This document shows positions 1 through 14,618 of a stretch of 64,000 bases of DNA, piece after piece (position 1 is the stretch's first letter; the number at the start of each line of letters is the position of its first letter). The stretch comes from the human T2T-CHM13v2.0 reference genome, Homo sapiens. The DNA is taken from the NCBI RefSeq assembly GCF_009914755.1, contig NC_060929.1; one strand, given 5' to 3'. Position numbers and translations under genes: made by a program. The notes beneath the pieces were generated by a model. The model was not told where the DNA came from and did no database searches. It saw nothing but the letters and a program-made list of their open reading frames with translations.

Positions 1-92
1 TGGATCAAGGTGGGGCCTGAGGATCTGCATTCCCATCAAGTTCCCAGGCCATGCCCTGGACGTGGGTCTACGCACCCCATTTTGAGAACCAC
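1..92. mobile_element. MER5A-like hAT-Charlie fragment
   Basis: ggtggggcctgaggatctgcatt...caagttcccagg...ttttgagaaccac resembles the MER5A terminus. Confidence 0.65.
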
Positions 93-276
93 CGATCGGT
101 ACATCAAATATTGACTATTAAGCCTTTATGCCAAGGTAGAATGCCTGGGATCCATGACTTTCTCTGGTTTTTCATTCTTGGCCAAGAGGCAGAAAAATTA
201 TAGAAAACATGCAGGAAGGGAAATGATTAGAATATATCAGTACATCCATTACAACTACTTAAAAGGAATAACGTAC

Positions 277-324
277 CTCCACACCTTTTCTCTTCTACGC
301 TACTGGATCTTGCCACAGATACTT
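277..324 (-). CDS. SEMA5A: SEMA5A short coding exon (probably exon 21), juxtamembrane linker, 48 nt, phase 1-1
   Basis: Encodes (E)VSVARSSSVEEKRCG(E). Strong pyrimidine tract ttttctttttccAG, donor GTacgt. Continues the recalled SEMA5A sequence in frame. Confidence 0.95.
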
Positions 325-1739
325 CTGGAAAAAGAAAAGTCGAATCACAATGTGTAAAAGGTGTTCAGAAGACAGTCCACATTCATGCTTCATGTATGTT
401 TGTCTAATGATTCTGAATGTTATGTGACACAAAGTTTCAAAAGCTTGATTAATTATCAGAAAAATTCTACTTGTTTCTTTGCTTGTTTTAACCAACCTGA
501 TATGGATTTGGCCAAATCACCTTGACTGGGGAGAGATAAGATTCATTTATCACAGAAAGATAATGCTATGGTCTCTCAGGCTGAAAGCAGGGAATGTGCT
601 CATTTTCCATTACAAGGTGTCTTGCCGGGGGGATCCCCCCACTCTGCCCAACACACAGAGTACTCCTGTGGTATTCCTGCTTCTGAGACTTGTTCCATCA
701 AAGCCAGTGTTGTCACCTTCCCGGCAGAGGGAGGGCCCATTCACCAGAGCTCAAGGACATCTCCAGAACAAGTGAAGTCCCTCTTCAGGAGGCCACTGAT
801 GCTCTTGGCATGCCACACATGAAACCCACAGTAGGATGCAGAGAGAGGCCACATCTCATACATGTTTTAACTCCTGAGGATAAAATATCACTCGGTAGTC
901 TAGAAACACCATTCTTTCCTGTACTGATTTTTTGTTAGACAACAAGAATTAAAAATATGTCTATCGTTAAAAAGGAAAACAATAACAACCACTCTTATAG
1001 TTCTGTGCCGTACATGACTGAGGTATGGTATGCTAATTTTCTCTAAAATAGTATCTTTTGCACAGACGAAAGAAAACAAAGAAAACTGGCTTATAGAATT
1101 CAACTCTACTATTTATTTGTAAGAGGCTGGTCCACCTAACAGTCCTAAGGCACACAGTGGACATATGCGCAATGATCTATGCATTCATATAGCACCTTGT
1201 CACAGTGAGCATGCAACAAGTGATCAGCTATCACCAACAACTACACACTGACTTTACCATGAGAAGCTGGTTGAATGAGGGCCAACCTCTTCTCCAACAG
1301 GAGAATAATGATGCATTTCTACCTTCTCAAGTATATTAAAGATAGCATAAAGAGAATGGTGCTTTTTCTCTGTGTGCCAGTGCATACACAGCGAGCACTG
1401 CCTAAACATTTAACCTAATATTAAAATAACCAAATAACCAAAACATATTTAATAATAACCAAATATTTTCATTTTTTTGAGCAAAGTCTTCTGATTGCAT
1501 TATAGTTGATAAACTGCAAAAGACACTTTTCCTAAGAAATCTTAAATTCATGAACTGAATTCATGTTTAAATCTGCAGTTATCTATAGACCTACGTTTTA
1601 AACACCTTGAAACCATGGGGCTTGATGGAATCATCTCTATTTCACCAAATAAGCCAAATAAAACTCTGACCTATGAATCATTTTCTCTCTCCATGTTGGA
1701 AATGATTTTATTCTTACTGATAAATACCTCTGCTCTTAC

Positions 1740-1895
1740 CTGGGATGAAATTAGAGTCAAACACACACGGCCGGCTCTCCGTGGTGTTCCCGGAGCACTG
1801 GCTGCCCATGGGGAACAGGAGGATGCACTGGCGGGCGCGGACTTGGACGCCAGAGGCTTCACACTCAGACCAGTCCGACCACTCCGACCAGCTCT
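1740..1895 (-). CDS. SEMA5A: SEMA5A coding exon (probably exon 20), last TSP1 repeat, 156 nt, phase 1-1
   Basis: Encodes (E)SWSEWSDWSECEASGVQVRARQCILLFPMGSQCSGNTTESRPCVFDSNFIP. Acceptor tctctgcAG, donor GTaaga. Confidence 0.96.
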
Positions 1896-3682
1896 CTGCA
1901 GAGACCAGAAAAGGGGAGATGGGGCGGAATGGCCAGTAAGCTCAATCATCCTAGACTCACTGGCAAGTTACATATGTGATTTCTGGATTCCAGGATTCCA
2001 TAGCATATTTTTAATGGTTCTGTGCATCAGTAAGATGTAGTTGTATCATCTAACAGATCCAGTACATACAGTACACACGAGGATGAATAAAAGTGCCTGC
2101 GCTGTTATATATTTGATCAGATATCATGAGCTTAAAATAAACATTATTTTAACGTTATAAAGTAATTGTATTTAGACACTCAATAAGTGAATCCATGAGA
2201 CCCAGCTGTGTGCAGACCATCAGCAGCAGCGGTACATAAGTCATCAATGCAGATGCCATTTTGCTATGGGTAATGCTCCCCTCAAAGAAACTCAAATGCT
2301 TTCCTGAAACATTCCTGAAAATTCTCCACCTTCCTCTGTGCTCAGGCGAGAGAAATAATTGTGTGCTCATGAGAGTCCTGGGTTGCTGAAAGGGAGTCTG
2401 AAGCTACACAATTACTTTCTTTTCTGTTATAAAAACAATTCCGCAGAGTCAACATGCCAAAGTCAGGTGACCCTTGATGTAGAATTCATCTTATCTCGTG
2501 TTTGCTGTCTCTGAAGAGATAAGGTCAATGCACAAGTCTTGGGTCAAGGCCAAAAGAGGGGCATTGAAAGGATACTTCATCCCGAAGTGGAAGATTTACT
2601 AGGATGTGTGAAATTCACCCAGGCATACAGATGTGTGAAAAGAAAGGAGTAAGACTCCTATATAAGTAAGAAGGTTAAAAAAAAAAAACTCTGGATATTG
2701 TTTATGGAATTTTAATCAGGATAAAAAGGTATTTTTCTATGCAGTTTGCTTTTTTCCCCTTTTTAAATAGAAGCATCCACTTTGTAGTGGCAGGGAAAAT
2801 TTGAAAATCAAACTTGTGCTTTGCTCCAGTTAAAGGGTAAAATGTTTCCTTAGAAATGCAGAAAGTGCCAGTTTTTGGAATGACAGTGAGAATCTGGCTT
2901 TAAGGCCCTTTTCAATATACATAGAACCTTCTAGAAAGATGTGCAGGAGCAAGCTAAAAAAAATTGTGTGTTTCAATGTCAAAGTTAGACCAAGAAAAGA
3001 ATAGCTCATTTTCATTCCAGGTCATTCCTTCATGTCAGTAAACCAAGCTATTTCTGGGATGGTGGTGGTGGTGGAGGCCCCAAGCGCCTGCATCAGCCAC
3101 AGGGAGCTTGAAGCGAGGAGCTCCCACACCCACGGGCCCAAGGCTGGCTCCTATGAGGTGCACTTCACAGCGGTGCTCCCTGCTCTCCACCCTGATTTTC
3201 AACAACAAAACCTCAGACTCTGTTATTAGGCTACTGGCTTTAAGAATGCTTTGCTATCACCAGTTTCTGTTGTTTGCTGTGCTCCTCCACTTACTGATTT
3301 GATGTCATGCTTTTTCTTTCCTTTAATTGCACTACCTCTAAATTACAGCCCATCGACCATGGATGAAGCATCCTGCAAGAGTGCTTAGTGTCCCCTTGTC
3401 ACATTTTAGAAGTCATTCCTGGAACACAGGTCTGGAGATCTTTGGAAGACATGTGGCTGCACCCAGGCTGGTTTTGAGACAAAAAGGCTGCAGGCGATTT
3501 CCCCACTCAGACCTCCAGACTCCATGGGGGGCACTAAAAATGTTCGTTCTTTCCCACCTTTCCTTGGACTTTCTCCCTCAACACAGCAAGGTGTCACCTG
3601 TGGGTCACTAGTGTTAATTAGCAAAGTCAAGAATAAATTGGGATGTTTCCTAATTAGGGAGATTGGGTGTTGTAACATGCCA

Positions 3683-3762
3683 TAGATTCAGAACTCGTGT
3701 TTGAAGCCTTTAGCACTCTCCCATTGCTGGGCTAAAGGCTTTGAACACGAGTTCTGAATCTA
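3683..3762 (-). ncRNA. MIR4636: Intronic microRNA hairpin, pre-miR-4636
   Basis: 33-bp arms (3682-3714 and 3731-3763) with a 16-nt loop. Minus strand of 3732-3753 reads AACUCGUGUUCAAAGCCUUUAG, which matches recalled miR-4636, annotated in a SEMA5A intron. Confidence 0.88.
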
Positions 3763-3953
3763 TAGCTCAGTGAGAACTATTTTATTATAGATGCTATGTT
3801 TTAAAGTCACTTCAAGGGTAATAGCATGTTGCTAACTTGCCCACCCCCCTTTCAGTACTTACCATGATGCAGTATCATCAATTACACCATTTATCCATTA
3901 AGGAAAGAGGCCAATTTGTCTGAAAGCTGTGCAGTAGGTGAGGTGCCGCTTAC

Positions 3954-4124
3954 CTGGGCAGGGCTGCGTGTTGCAGAGTGCCTCTTCTGTGTGCAGCCCC
4001 AGGCAGATGTCCCCTCCATAGGCCGGGGCTGGATTGGAGCAAGAGCGGGTCCTCATATAGTGTCCACCGCCGCATGTTGCTGAACATTTTGTCCAGGGGG
4101 ACCAGCAAGACCACACGCCATCCA
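3954..4124 (-). CDS. SEMA5A: SEMA5A coding exon (probably exon 19), TSP1 repeat, 171 nt, phase 1-1
   Basis: Encodes (V)DGVWSCWSPWTKCSATCGGGHYMRTRSCSNPAPAYGGDICLGLHTEEALCNTQPCP. Acceptor ttcacAG, donor GTaagc. Has WxxW and CxxTCxxG motifs. Confidence 0.97.
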
Positions 4125-6059
4125 CTGTGAAGAAACACAATGTCACAGCTCTTCTATAATCCAATCCCAACCAAGTGAAAGGAGTTACTAAATGGAAGCT
4201 AAGTGGATTCTGTTTAGTAAGGGAAACAAAATGGAATCTGCACTCCAGAAAGGCTTCAGTGCATAGGCACACGTAGCAACAAGGCTTCTGACCCCTCGCA
4301 GGGCTGCATTTGGAGTCTTCCTCTTGGTGACAGATCCAGTTTTACAGATTCCTCCCTACACTTTTTCAGTTCCCTTTATTCACTGTTTCAGAAAACATTT
4401 CTAAATCAATCGTATCTAAGTACAAACATGACAGCAGAGTGCACGAGCTGTCATAGTAATTCCAGCCCCTGAGAACAACCATGAACCACCTTGTATGGTT
4501 ATTGATGTAAAGCCCCAGCCAGCTCTCACCTTTGCCATCTAACTAGCCAGACAAGACTTAAAGCCAAGGTAAGTAGTTCAAGTCACGAGCTCCTTTACTA
4601 ATTGGATTATGGTTTACTCCCTGACAGTGGGATAGAGAAAAGCTAACACGTCCCATGAGGAAGGTAACTGAAGAATGCTCGGTAAATTCAGGCACAGAAT
4701 GACCAAATTAAGTACAGCCACACAGACTTGACACTATGTTTAAATGACTATAGAGAGGAATCTGAAAATCTGCAGCCATATGTCAGATTAGATATTAAGG
4801 GTGCAGTTTTACAATGTGAAAGTTAGGCCGAACTGGTTCCTTGACTAACCATTTCCATGACAGCTCACAACCCAGCACATGTCTCTGCCTGCTCAAGTTA
4901 GCCTCCTGAATTCTTTAGGCTGGGCTCTTGGTACCTGTAGACCCGCCTGCTGAATGCTGGGGTCAGGTGGCCCACCTGAATCTGGGAGACTTTAAGAGTC
5001 AGTCCTTTATTAGCTGATCTTGCTAAAACCAAGACCTCATGTTGGCTTGGGCTTGTGACAATGTCAAATATGATTTTCAGTTTAGCTAACTCCTGACTGT
5101 GCCTCTCTCTTACTAGCCAGATCTTCCTTGTTATTGCTGAGTCCCAGGACAAAGCTACAGGACGTTGTCAAACAAGGTATTAGATCCTAATCTGGGGTTA
5201 AGCACAAATTGTAACCACAGCTAACTCAATTAAAAAGCTGAGGAGAGACTCACTATTGCTGTATGTAGACAGTATCATATTTTAACATTCTTTGTAGCCT
5301 ACACAAAGAAACAGGAGCAAGAGGATGCCAAAATCATTCAGGGCATAAGATTGTTTTAGCTAGAATAACTTAGATTGTTTTTTAATATGCCTGTCATGAT
5401 GTATTACATCATTATGGTGTAATGTTTCTTTTTAGATATTGGCAAAGGTAAAAAGAAAGCATTTTTGAGAAACCAGAGCAAAAATATCATCTTTATGACA
5501 ATATTATAATTTGCAGAAAGTAAAAAGAAAACAAAAATATTTGAACCCAATTTAGAAATAAGTTTGCAATCTAACTGGAAATTTTGTGATTCAATAGTTT
5601 ACACAAACTTGCAGAATTCAACAGTATTTTCCCTAAAAGTTATACGGTATATCAGACAGTTAGAGGAATTGATCAAGTATTTGATACTGGCTGTAATATC
5701 AGCAATAAAAAAGCCAGGCATGTGTTTTCCTAGAACTTTAAAAATTAAAAAAAAAAAAAGCTCTCTCCCATATCTATTCTCACTGAAGGAAGCACTTGCT
5801 GACAGTTTTTTTCTGTTTGTAACCTAAATTGGAGCTTGGCATCAGTGAGTACCCTTGCATGCCCCATACACCAGGGCAAAAATAAGTCATTGTGACTTAT
5901 AGTAATGGCAAGTGTCTTAGATCTTGGCTTTCTAAATGCGCACAAGGCAGCTCAGGGCTCAGAAGGGTCTAATGTGTGCCCTAGATTGTGTCAGGGCCTG
6001 ATGTATAACCAACCATGTGTTCTGTAGATCCCTGGCCTCTGTATGGAATGATAAACCTG

Positions 6060-7185
<1,126 letters not shown>

Positions 7186-8049
7186 CTAAATGTGCTCATT
7201 TCAACGGTTCCATAATCATGCAACATCTAATGATCTCATACCAGGAAGCTGATGTACATAATATATCCTGTGATATTCCAAACAATATTTATTCCTGTCC
7301 ACATTTCTACCAACATGTAAGCCAATGTGTATGTGATCTAGTCTAATAAATCCTCTCTCACACATACACCAACTGTCCATCTGGTATCATGGTAAATTCT
7401 CCTGGCACAGGATCATTTATTGTTAAACAGAGAGAATGGAGCTGTTGTTTGAATAACCGTTTAAGAGAGCATTTGGAACAGAATCCAGTTGCTGAAACAT
7501 TCCCACTTGGGAGTTCAAATCACAAGATCACACTCTACCTCTACCAATTTCAGCAGTCAAAGAACTGGGGAAATGGATGTTTCTAGTACAGAGGGAACTC
7601 AAAGGAGACCTGGAACCACTTCCTTACTCTGTCCGGAAGTTGCTTAGTCTGCAATTGCCCTATGTCCCCAGACCAATTCTAATGCGGTGCTTGCTTTCTG
7701 TCCTCTTGACCCTGTCTTTATGTTACAGGTTTCAACCCACATCATGGAGCCATAATGTAGGATATTGATTATTGTACTAACAATTCATATTAGAAAGGCC
7801 AAAGCATTTCTAAAATAGACATTTCAGAACACAGATCTTAATGAAATAGCCTTCATCACAAGGGAGCCTGTACAACCTGGTGGGGAAGTAGAAAGTTGCA
7901 GGGCCAAGAAAACAAAACAAATGTAAGCCACTGTGGAAGGCACAGCATGTCAGGGGCCTGAGTGAGGCTGAGCCACTAAAATAGATTTTTTTCCCCTGCT
8001 ATGTGAACTATATTGGACTAAAAAAATAACATTAGTAATAGTAATAATT

Positions 8050-8210
8050 AAAATAATAAACTCATTCAATATTCCATCTCCATCCTCACAACTGCCCTGG
8101 GGGTTGTTCCAGAAATGAAAGACTTGAGGCATAGAGAGGTTAGGTCCTGGGCAAGTGAGTGGGAAGCTGGGGCTGGAACAGTGGCAGGCTGAGCACAGAA
8201 CCTGACACAC
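8050..8210. mobile_element. MIR fragment
   Basis: catcctcacaactgccctg...ttgaggcatagagaggttag resembles the MIR core. Confidence 0.55.
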
Positions 8211-9027
8211 AAGCACAGGTTAGGGCTTCCCATAACTCCTCCCATGTTGCTAAAAATCACATAGGAATCTCCTCATGGCTTGAATCATCACCCAAGTTAG
8301 CTCAAGAAATACTGGTTCATGGGAAGATCAGACAAACACAAACTCAGATCCATGTTTCTTTCAAGGAATCAAAGCAATTAATTATAGGAAATTATTTTTG
8401 ATAAAATGAAATTTATACATGAAATAACTTGACAGAAGAGGATAACATTCTTGTTGTAGAGATTCTAGCTAAATATTCCACCCACTACAGTAAGATTAAA
8501 AACAATGGCAGTAACCAATGTACAATTGCCAGAGACCTAAATAGCAAAGTAAAAACTAAATAACTAAGATTTGCTCAACAGGCTTCCTGTGTGTGATCAG
8601 AGATGTGAAGCCCTTCACTCACAGTCTCTCGGGACATGGGCAAATGTGGTATTGATTCTCCAGCATACTGAGGTCTGGACTACATAGGTTTGCACTGCAG
8701 GACAGCTGTGCTCTCTGCTCCTAAGGATCTCTAAGCAGAAATTTCCTACACCAACTGCCCCCTGCCTGGCTCCACTTCAAAGTATGGACTCAAGGACTCC
8801 AAGAATGCAAAGGAAGAGAGGGTTCTGAGCACACCAGAGATGCCTAAGAGATTTATCTATAGGACACACAACTGCCAGAATTATTCTTTTGACTCAGAGT
8901 CTGTCCCTCCATTAGATTTAGTGTTCCTTCCCCCATAGAATTATTGTTTGCAAAATACAAAACAGAACCATCTCAGTTAAGTCTGATGAAAAGAGTTTGT
9001 GTTTACTTCATTAGGTTTTTACCTTCA

Positions 9028-9076
9028 TTTTCTTTTCTTTTTTTTTTTTATACTTTAAGTTTTAGGGTACATGTGC
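9028..9076 (-). mobile_element. Extreme 3'-end stub of a young L1PA
   Basis: Poly-T followed by tatactttaagttttagggtacatgtgc, the reverse complement of the L1HS/L1PA2-4 terminus. Confidence 0.7.
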
Positions 9077-9325
9077 CAAACTCTGAGGTTGCTTTCCTCT
9101 TAGCTGAACATTACTTAGCAACAAAAAAACATCTGTTGTCTGTACCTTTGTAGGTCAAAGTCTGGAGTCTTTAAGGCTAAATCAAATATGCATTGAGGAA
9201 AAGGAGTGAAGAAGAAATAATTAGCTATTTCTCAATGCTGGCGTAAATTATGTAGGTGAAGGTACTAGTTAGATGGACCCACAGAAGGTGAAAAAAATGA
9301 TTATTTCAGCATGGGCTTGACTTAG

Positions 9326-9715
<390 letters not shown>

Positions 9716-10649
9716 GATTTATTTTCATATTTAATTTTAATGAGGAAACATATTTTTAAATAAAATACAGTGTCCATTTGTAATTGTCCACTATGAACCC
9801 AACAGGGTTAAAGAAGAGTAAATTCACAGGGGAGAGTATCCTGAGTGAGACAGGAATCGGCCTCTAACTGGCTTCCTGGTGACTGTGCAGCTCAGCATTC
9901 ACACCCCTAGCACTTCCAACCCTCCCTGCTGGGTCATGCCCGATCATATGTTTAGGAATTTCCCAGGCAGGGGAAGCACCACTCAGCCCTGACTCACCCA
10001 CTGCCTAGTGCAAGGTGACATGGGCCACTCTGAATAACTCCACAACACTCTGCAGAATCTTGGCTTTTAAAACGAAAATGAGGACAGGGTTATTTCAACA
10101 TATTAAAGTTATGTATACATGGTATTGGCTTGACCACCAAATCAACTAAAATGAGAGCAACCAACAGATCATGTTAATAGAGTGTCTCTGAGATGAGTGG
10201 TGACCCTTTGTACTTGTGCACTAGGACAACATCCAAGTGTCTGCAGGAATCTGCACATCCTACCCATGGCAACAAGGATAGGGTCTGGAGCCCAGGGAGA
10301 CAAGGGTGGGTGGAGGGACCCTGACATTCCCATGACGTCTGCCCCTGTTCCAGTTTATAGCATGGACCCGAATCTAGTGAGCTTGCCCACAGGATTCCTC
10401 TCAGCCCCCAGAGGAGGACTCCTTTTACTGGGGCTGTGGGAAAGAACAGTTCAGTGACCTTTCCCAGCCTCTCAGCATCAGCTTGGCTGGGAAAGCTGGG
10501 TGGGCAGAGGAGGAGTCTCCTGAGGCTGGAGAAATTCAAGCAGAGACACCCTAGGAGGAGCCAGGCAGCTGATAAGAGCAGAAACATTATTGGGAGCCTC
10601 AGCTACAAATCTGGAAACTATATATTTTCAGTTTTATATACATGTTTAT

Positions 10650-11330
10650 TCATCTATGCATTCATCCATCCATTATCCACCCTTCCAAGCACCCAATCCA
10701 ATGAATTTTCATTGAGTATCTGCTACAAGCCAGTTTCTTGATGTAAGAACTCAGAAAGTTGTATCTACTAGAAATATGTTAATATTCTATGCCTTTAAAA
10801 ATGTTGTATCCAACTCCAGAATGAGCCTTCCTCCCAATTTCCCATCTCTGCTTGTCAATTTCACCAACTCGTTTCTGTCCCTCAAGACCCAGCTTAAGGG
10901 CAGCCTGCTTGCTGTGGCTGCCATGATTTCTCCTTGGTGAAATCCACCAAGGGGCTGGCTCCTTGGTGGATATAGCCACTGCACCTGGTTGTCATAAACT
11001 CAGTAGCCAGTGGCCATACTGGGTTGACGCTGCTCCCAGGATGCACTCTCCCTAAACTCTTAAGTTTCTTTCTGACCTGGATCATAACACTGCATCTGTG
11101 TATACCCTGTAAACAGTGCACAGTCGGTTACTCAAAAATGTTTCCTGAGAAATGACATGAATGAAGAAAGATCAATTAACCAACTCTTTGTTTCCTCATT
11201 ATTAAAAAACAATCCCTGATGGGTATTTCTAGTATGTGCCAGGCCCCTGCTGGGAGCTAAGGTTGCTGCCATGAGTGAGACCAGGCCAGGAGTCCCTGTC
11301 CTCATGGAGCTTCAGACAAAAGTCAAGGCA
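10650..11330. mobile_element. L2 remnants
   Basis: Typical decayed L2 end motifs (cattcatccatcc...attgagtatctgcta; ctcaaaaatgtttcctga...tgaatgaa; tatgtgccaggcccctgctggg). Confidence 0.5.
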
Positions 11331-12326
11331 GCCTCCCCAGTCACAGATCAGCCCTCAGGATGGCCATGACGTGTGGGCTGAAGACTTTCCGTGGGTTCTG
11401 GACAGGAGAGCAGGAAGTGGGAAGTTCTGGTGGAAGTGTTTTAGGTGCTAGGGACCCTGAGCTGCGGCAGGAGAAAGGCAGAAACAGGGGCTTGAATATT
11501 AAAGGGAAAGATGGAGGAGTGTTTCAGGCATTGTCAGAGCAAAAGCCCTGGGCGGGGGCTCTTTCGGCTCATTTTCATGACTCTGTGCTTGCTTGGGAAT
11601 TCAGTGGAATGAAAAGCCAGGCCCCAGGAAGAAGACCCAGAAAAACAGCTCTGCTAGGCCCACAGGAGAGAAGAGTTTGCGTCTTTGGAGGACTTAATTA
11701 ATGAGGTAGACCTTTTGTGACAGAAGACATGAGGACCAAGAACTGGCTTGGCAGGCCCAGGGTCCAGGGGTTGCATGTTTGATACCCGTGACCCTGGATG
11801 ACCACCTGATGGTACATGGAGGCCATGTGGGGGAGGGCTGGGTCCATCAGTGGCCCAGGAAGGGATCAGCCTCCAGAAGGAGCTGATGGTCACTCCAAAG
11901 GCCCCAGATATTTCAGACCACATTAGAAAGGCCGGCTTTTCCATCAGGCACAACAACTAGAGTCCATATCCTTCGAGTAGCTCATAGGAAAGTTTTAGTT
12001 CCTTTTACAATCAGAAGAAAAAAACATGAACACAATCTAGCCTAGATGATGTCTTTCCCCAATGCATTAGGGAGTGGGGGGCCCCTGCAGACAAATGTGC
12101 CCAGGGCCCAGGGAGGTCCCACTGTGGCCCGGCCTATCAGATCTTTTTATACAGACAACTAAAGTTGCATGCTTGTCTGAAAGGAGGGCTGAGAGAATGG
12201 TCTTAATATTGCTTGGAATGATTTAGGATTTGGTTTCAGGTCTGCTGGGAGAAGGGGTTTCTTTTTCTTTCCTTTTTCCACTCTGGGCTAATCCAACAGG
12301 TGATGACATCACACAAGACATTTATT

Positions 12327-12626
12327 TATTTGTTTGTTTATTTACTTTTGAGACAAGGTCTCGCTCTGTTACCCAGGGTGGAGTGCAGTGGCCTGATGAT
12401 GGCTCACTGTAGTCTTGATCTCCTGGACTACAGAAATCCTCCCAACTCAGCCTCCAGAATGACTGGGACTACAGGCGTGCACTAACATACTTGGCTAATT
12501 TTTGTATTTTTCGTAGGGATGAGGTCTGGCTATATTGCCCAGCCTTGAGTTCTTAGGCTCAAGTGATTCCCCCTCTCTGGCCTCACAAAGTGCTGGGATT
12601 ACCAGCATGAGCAACCACGCATAGCC
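12327..12626 (-). mobile_element. AluJ with TSD
   Basis: Diverged Alu dimer flanked by aagacatttatt on both sides (~12315 and ~12627), ~125 nt from the exon donor. Confidence 0.9.
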
Positions 12627-12752
12627 AAGACATTTATTAAGAACACAGATCTCAAACACGAAGCCAGGGAGCTGCGTGAGGCCTGGTAAATTAGAAGACT
12701 CTCCAAGGCCCTTGAGTTTTCAGATGTTTTGTAGACTACACAATCCACTTAC

Positions 12753-12971
12753 CTGGGCAGGGCAAAATGTTGCATTCCTGGTATTCCAGAGATGGGCCAA
12801 GGCAAGGCATTCCCCCATACTTGGGTTCGGGGTTGTTGCAAACACGCTTCCGGTTCCGAATGCCCCTGCTGCAGTCACGGCTGCACTGTGACCACGACGT
12901 CCAGGCTGACCAAGCCCCGTTGACCGTGTGGGCAGAGTATCTCCCAGCACGCAGGAAATCCCCAGAAAGCC
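12753..12971 (-). CDS. SEMA5A: SEMA5A coding exon (probably exon 18), TSP1 repeat, 219 nt, phase 1-1
   Basis: Encodes (G)LSGDFLRAGRYSAHTVNGAWSAWTSWSQCSRDCSRGIRNRKRVCNNPEPKYGGMPCLGPSLEYQECNILPCP. Acceptor ttggcAG, donor GTaagt. Confidence 0.97.
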
Positions 12972-14202
12972 CTGCCAAGGAAACAGGTGAAGTGTGATTC
13001 TGTTACAAGTTTCAGAGGAACTACAGTCCATGCTGACTTTCATTCTGTATCTGCTGTCTGCCTTATTTCTAGAACTACCCTCTCACATTCCGTTGAGCTC
13101 TTTTTACACTTCAGTAGCCAAAAATCAGTGGTGTGATAGCCTCTTATCTCTCAAGCTTGTTTCCTGCAATTACTATGAAATAAGGTTGAAATTAAGAACT
13201 CCATGTGAATGTGGTGAACCTTTACACAGTAAATAATAGATTCTATATAGGTAGTTCGTTTACTTTTTGAAGACACTTCTTACAAAGAAAACACAACTTT
13301 CTCACTTTCCTTGGGAATTCTACAACAAACTGCCCTCAGACACAATGGGTAGAGCCTGCCCTCAAGGACCTCCATCTGGAGGAAGGGAAACATAATTCAG
13401 ACATTTTCTAAACCTATTCTTTCAGCTGTTAACCTTTCAAAGGTGAATTAATGCTGGTAAAAGGGGCCAAGTCAACTGCTTCTGGATCACAGGCCTGAGA
13501 AACTCCTGTCTGCTCTGTGGAACTCATGCCCTAGAACTGAACACAGCACTGAGTGACATTGGCAAACGTTTCTATGAAGTTTAGAGCACACTACCTAACA
13601 AAATGTGTTTCCCAAGGAGCCAAGAGAGGCAGCAGCAGCAGCAGGTGGGCTGTGGGGTGAGTGGGGAGTTGCTGTGGCAGGAATCACAGCCAACAGGCTT
13701 TGAGGACATATTGTGGGTGATGTGTACAGTGAGCACTTTCACTTGTTAAGTCACGTAATTAGCCATAGTCAAAATTTTATGAAAATGTCTTCCCACTCAC
13801 AATACTAAAAAGTATTCAATAATTTTCTCAAATGTAGGCAATGTGACACAAGCTTTAACAAATAACTCTAAAAGTATGCAGTAAAGTTCCGGGGAAGTGT
13901 GCTCAGAAGACAAGTGTGCCAACAGCTCTCAGTGTTGTTAAGCAACTCTGTTGTTTACTTAGAAAATCTGTTTCTGAAAGGATGGCAGCATACTCTTCAG
14001 AGAAATTGAATTAGAATTGTCTGTCTGTGATAAATTAGTATTCTGTGGTGAATCAATAAAGAAAAACTATGCACAAATCAAGCCTCATTTTATGTGGTCA
14101 GAGGAAAATGAGTCCCATTTTGTGTTTTCAAGATATCAATACCAAAATGTGAAATGGTCATGAGAACTCAAAGCCATTAAGATACAGAAGAATAAAACTC
14201 TA

Positions 14203-14618
14203 TGCGCACGTATGTTTATGGAGGCACTATTCACGATGGCAAAGACTTGAAACCTGGCCAAATGCCCATTGATGATAGACTGGATAAAGAAAATGTGGCA
14301 CATATACACCATGGAATACTATGCAGTCATAAAAAAGGATGAGTTCATGTCCTTTGCAAGGACATGGATGAATCTGGAAACTATCATCCTCAGCAAACTA
14401 ACACAAGAACAAAAAACCAAACACTGCATGTTCTCACTCATAAGTGGGAATTGAACAATGAGAACACATGGACACCAGGAGGGGAACACCACAGACCGGG
14501 GCCTGTCGGGGGTAGGGAGCTAGGGGAGGGAGGTTGAGCCATGATTACACCACTGTACTCCAGCCTGGGCAACAGAGCGAGACCCTGTCTCAACAAACAA
14601 ACAAGCAAAAACCAAAAA
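14203..14618 (+). mobile_element. L1PA 3' fragment fused to an Alu right-arm 3' end
   Basis: L1 sequence (WIKKMWHIYTMEYY...) to ~14531, then gagccatgattacaccactgtactccagcctgggcaacagagcgagaccctgtctc and an A-rich tail. Confidence 0.85.

Noticed and set aside
1891-1900. Tandem AG dinucleotides (CAGAGAG) at the 156-nt exon acceptor
   Set aside because: The alternative AGs are offset by 2 or 4 nt and frameshift, so this is not a NAGNAG site; no evidence of use.
1615-2040. 141-aa plus-strand ORF and other ORFs overlapping exons (1671, 3950, 12676, 12720, 12767, 16404)
   Set aside because: Antisense or off-frame shadows of GC-rich SEMA5A exons, with no independent coding signal.
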